A program made the translations under genes and the position numbers. Shown piece by piece: positions 61,403 to 64,000 of a stretch of DNA of 64,000 nucleotides; positions within the stretch are counted from its first letter, which is position 1, and each line of letters opens with the position of its first letter. The DNA lies in NCBI GenBank assembly GCA_002269645.1, contig NIVC01000086.1, positions 8,755 to 72,754 of the forward strand. The letters run 5' to 3'. Source of the stretch: Macrostomum lignano. Its lineage: Eukaryota. Below the pieces are notes generated by a model, which saw only the letters and a list, made by a program, of their open reading frames with translations, did no database searches and was not told where the DNA came from.

Positions 61403-64000
61403 TGTACGACTTAAGCAGGGTAGTCAGGAATGTCGTGTGCTCCAAGGTTTTGTCAGTGGATGTCTCCTTGCCGCCTTCTTTCACGTTGAAGATGCCCCTA
61501 AAAAGGTTTCAATGTGCGGCCACAGTAATCTGGATCTCGGATAGGGGAATTGGAATTGTGCTTAAGCAGTCCTTGTGTGCAGCCTTTGAGAGCGTGTGCT
61601 TAGCGTGATAGCAGGCACCCTTTAGAATTGACCTTGACTGCGGTGCCCACAGCCCCCCTCATGCGCATAAGGTTGGAATTGGAATTTTAAATTCGGAATT
61701 TTGAATAAAATTTTACATCATCCCTTTGATTTCCGATGGGCCGAGAAAAAATCGATTTTGGTAAATAGGAAATACTCAGAAATTTTAGTGCAGAAAAAAT
61801 CTACATTCTGTCTGAAGGAATAGTTGAATAACTTGACGTCATCGATCACTACCAGTTTAAAAATTACCGTTTGTAGAAACAAAATTCAGGGAAACGTTTC
61901 ATTTCATGTTTGCTCGAACACAGCGAAAATCCGAACCCGGTAGCTGACCCTGCCACCCTACCCGAACCCGGTAGCTGACCCTGACACCCTACCCCGAACC
62001 CGGTAGCTGACCCTGACACCCTACCCGAACCCGGTAGCTGACCCTGACACCCTACCCCGAACCCGGTAGCTGACCCTGACACCCTACCCCGAACCCGGTA
62101 GCTGACCCTGACACCCTACTCCGAACCCGGTAGCTGACCCTGACACCCTACCCCGAACCCGGTAGCTGACCCTGACCCCTACCCCGAACCCGGTAGCTGA
62201 CCCTGACACCCTACCCGAACCCGGTAGCTGACCCTGCCACCCTACCCGAACCCAGTAGCTGACCCTGACACCCTACCCCAAACCGGTAGCTGACCCTGAC
62301 ACCCTACCCCGAACCCAGTAGCTGACCCTGACCCCTACCCCGAACCCGGTGGCTGACCCTGCCACCCTACTCCGAACCCGGTAGCTGACCCTGCCACCCT
62401 ACCCCGAACCCGGTACCTGACCCTGACATCCTACCCCGAACCCGGTAGCTGACCCTGACACCCTACCCCGAACCGGTAGCTGACCCTGACACCCTACTCC
62501 GAACCCGGTAGCTGACCCTGACACCCTACCCCGAACCCGGTAGCTGACCCTGACACCCTACCCGAACCCGGTAGCTGACCTGACACCCTACTCCGAACCC
62601 GGTAGCTGACCCTGACACCCTACCCCGAACCCGGTAGCTGACCCTGACACCCTACCCCGAACCCGGTAGCTGACCCTGACACCCTACCCTGAACCCGGTA
62701 CTCACGAAGACGAGTCCACAACAATCTCGGAAAGGCTAATCCACTCTTTCATGAGTTTGTGCCGCCACTGCTCTGTCTTGGCCGTGTTGGCGTCCCGCCC
62801 GGAGCTCAGCAGCATGACAATCCTCGCGTCCGGAGGACTTGCCAAACTTTGCAACTCGTTGTAGGCCGCCTGGATGCCGACGTAATCGTAAACTTTGCCG
62901 CTCCGCTTGGCGTGGCGACTCTTGATAGCTCGATTTGGAGCCTGGCCAAGATCCGTCAAGCGACCAGCCCTGGAGAGCGATTTGAATCAGTGAGCTTCAC
63001 TTAGCCAGCGGTACAGCTGCATGCAGTACATCGGGCTGCTGGACAGCTTATAAGACTGTCTATAAACCTCACTATTCATGAATTTGATGCTGATTAATTG
63101 GTTTCTGTGTGTTTAGAGTTCATGTAAGTTTTTGGGTCCAGTACCGGGTTCGGAGTAGGATGTCAGGTCAGCTACCAGGTTTGGAGTAGGGTGTCAAGGT
63201 CAGGTACCGGGTTCAGAATGGGTGTCGGTCAGGTACCGGTCAGAATGGTTGTCAAGGTCAGGTACCGGATTCAGAATGGTTGTCAAGGTCAGGTACCGGG
63301 TTCAGAATGGTTGTCAATGTCAGGTACCGGGTTCAGAATGGTTGTCAAGGTCAGGTACCGCGGATTCAAGAATGGTTGTCAAGGTCAGGTACCGGGTTCA
63401 GAATGGTTGTCAATGTCAGGTACCGGGTTCAGAATGGTGTGTCAAGGTCAGGTACCGGGTTCAGAATGGTTGTCAAGGTCAGGTACCGGGTTCAGAATGG
63501 TTTCGGTCAGGTACCGGGTTCAGAATGGTTGTCAGGGTCAGGTACCGGGTTCAGGGTAGGGTGTCAGCGTCAAGTACCGGGTTCAGAAATGGTTGTCAGG
63601 GTCAGGTACCGGGTTCAGGACAGGGTGTCAGGGTCAGGTACCGGGTTCAGAATGGTTGTCAAGGTCAGGTACCGGGTTTCAGGACAGGGTGTCAGGGTCA
63701 GGTACCGCGGTTCAGGACAGGTGTCAGGGTCAGCGCGGCGGGTTCAGGACAGGGTGTCAGGGTCAGCGTACCGGGTTCAGAATGGTTGTCAAGGTCAGGT
63801 ACCGGGTTCAGAATGGTTGTCAGGGTCAGGTGCCAGGTTCAGGGGTGGGTGTCGGTCAGGTTCCAGTTCAGGGTGGATGTCCAGGGTCAGGTTGCCGGAT
63901 CTCAGCCGTCCTCACCTGCTTCAGCGACACAATCGTATAAGGACGATCCGTGTACTCCACGAAGCCAATTTTAATCTTCTTGGTCTTCACCGGTAGCTTC
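61403..64000 (-). CDS. Upstream exons of the same giant gene, encoding a von Willebrand factor A-like domain (5' end beyond the window)
   Basis: Exon 64000-63916 encodes KLPVKTKKIKIGFVEYTDRPYTIVSLKQ, then donor GTGAG; it resembles VWA strands B-C (RVGLVQYSD.....F.L). A possible micro-exon lies at 63038-63001. Exon 62969-62706 encodes ...GKVYDYVGIQAAYNELQSLASPPDARIVMLLSSGRDAN...KLMKEWISLSEIVVDSS, then donor GTGAGT; it resembles VWA helix/strand D/helix/strand E. Exon 61497-61403 encodes GIFNVKEGG...TTFLTTLLKSY, then donor GTAAGG. Phases 2/2 and 1/1 join these last two exons to the giant exon. Confidence 0.75.
61930..62700. repeat. 31/32-bp intronic minisatellite (ccgaacccggtagctgaccctgacaccctac)
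   Basis: About 24 copies, beginning immediately at the 62705 splice donor. Confidence 0.95.
63135..63900. repeat. ~31-bp intronic minisatellite (gtcaggtaccgggttcagaatggttgtcaag / agggtgtcagggtcaggtaccgggttcagg), inverted relative of 61930-62700
   Basis: The reverse complement of the left array unit is gtagggtgtcagggtcagctaccgggttcgg, nearly identical to units here. Confidence 0.92.

Overview
Eukaryotic, intron-containing genomic DNA from an invertebrate. GC-rich exons and introns packed with private minisatellites suggest the flatworm Macrostomum lignano or a relative (inference only). Six genes can be reconstructed by hand. (1-2) A tandem pair of divergent nuclear receptors on + (~1.4-3.7 kb, DBD outside the window; 5744-8155, complete). 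(3) A Stum/SPEC3-family membrane protein on - (11550-15502). (4) The proteasome ubiquitin receptor ADRM1/Rpn13 on + (23729-26368). (5) A rhodopsin-like peptide GPCR on - with one frameshift (34500-35929). (6) The standout: the 3' part of a giant - strand gene (45062 to beyond 64000). In it, a von Willebrand factor A-like domain is spliced to a ~16.3-kb exon encoding ~5,400 aa, mostly ~77 near-identical 53-aa Arg/Lys/Trp/Tyr repeats plus seven 108-aa variant modules. The two giant ORFs in the track are one exon broken by a single missing G at 53623-53624. The rest of the window holds >20 tandem repeat arrays (two pairs in inverted orientation), three MITE-like elements, a tRNA-derived SINE and a 3-kb CpG-depleted block.
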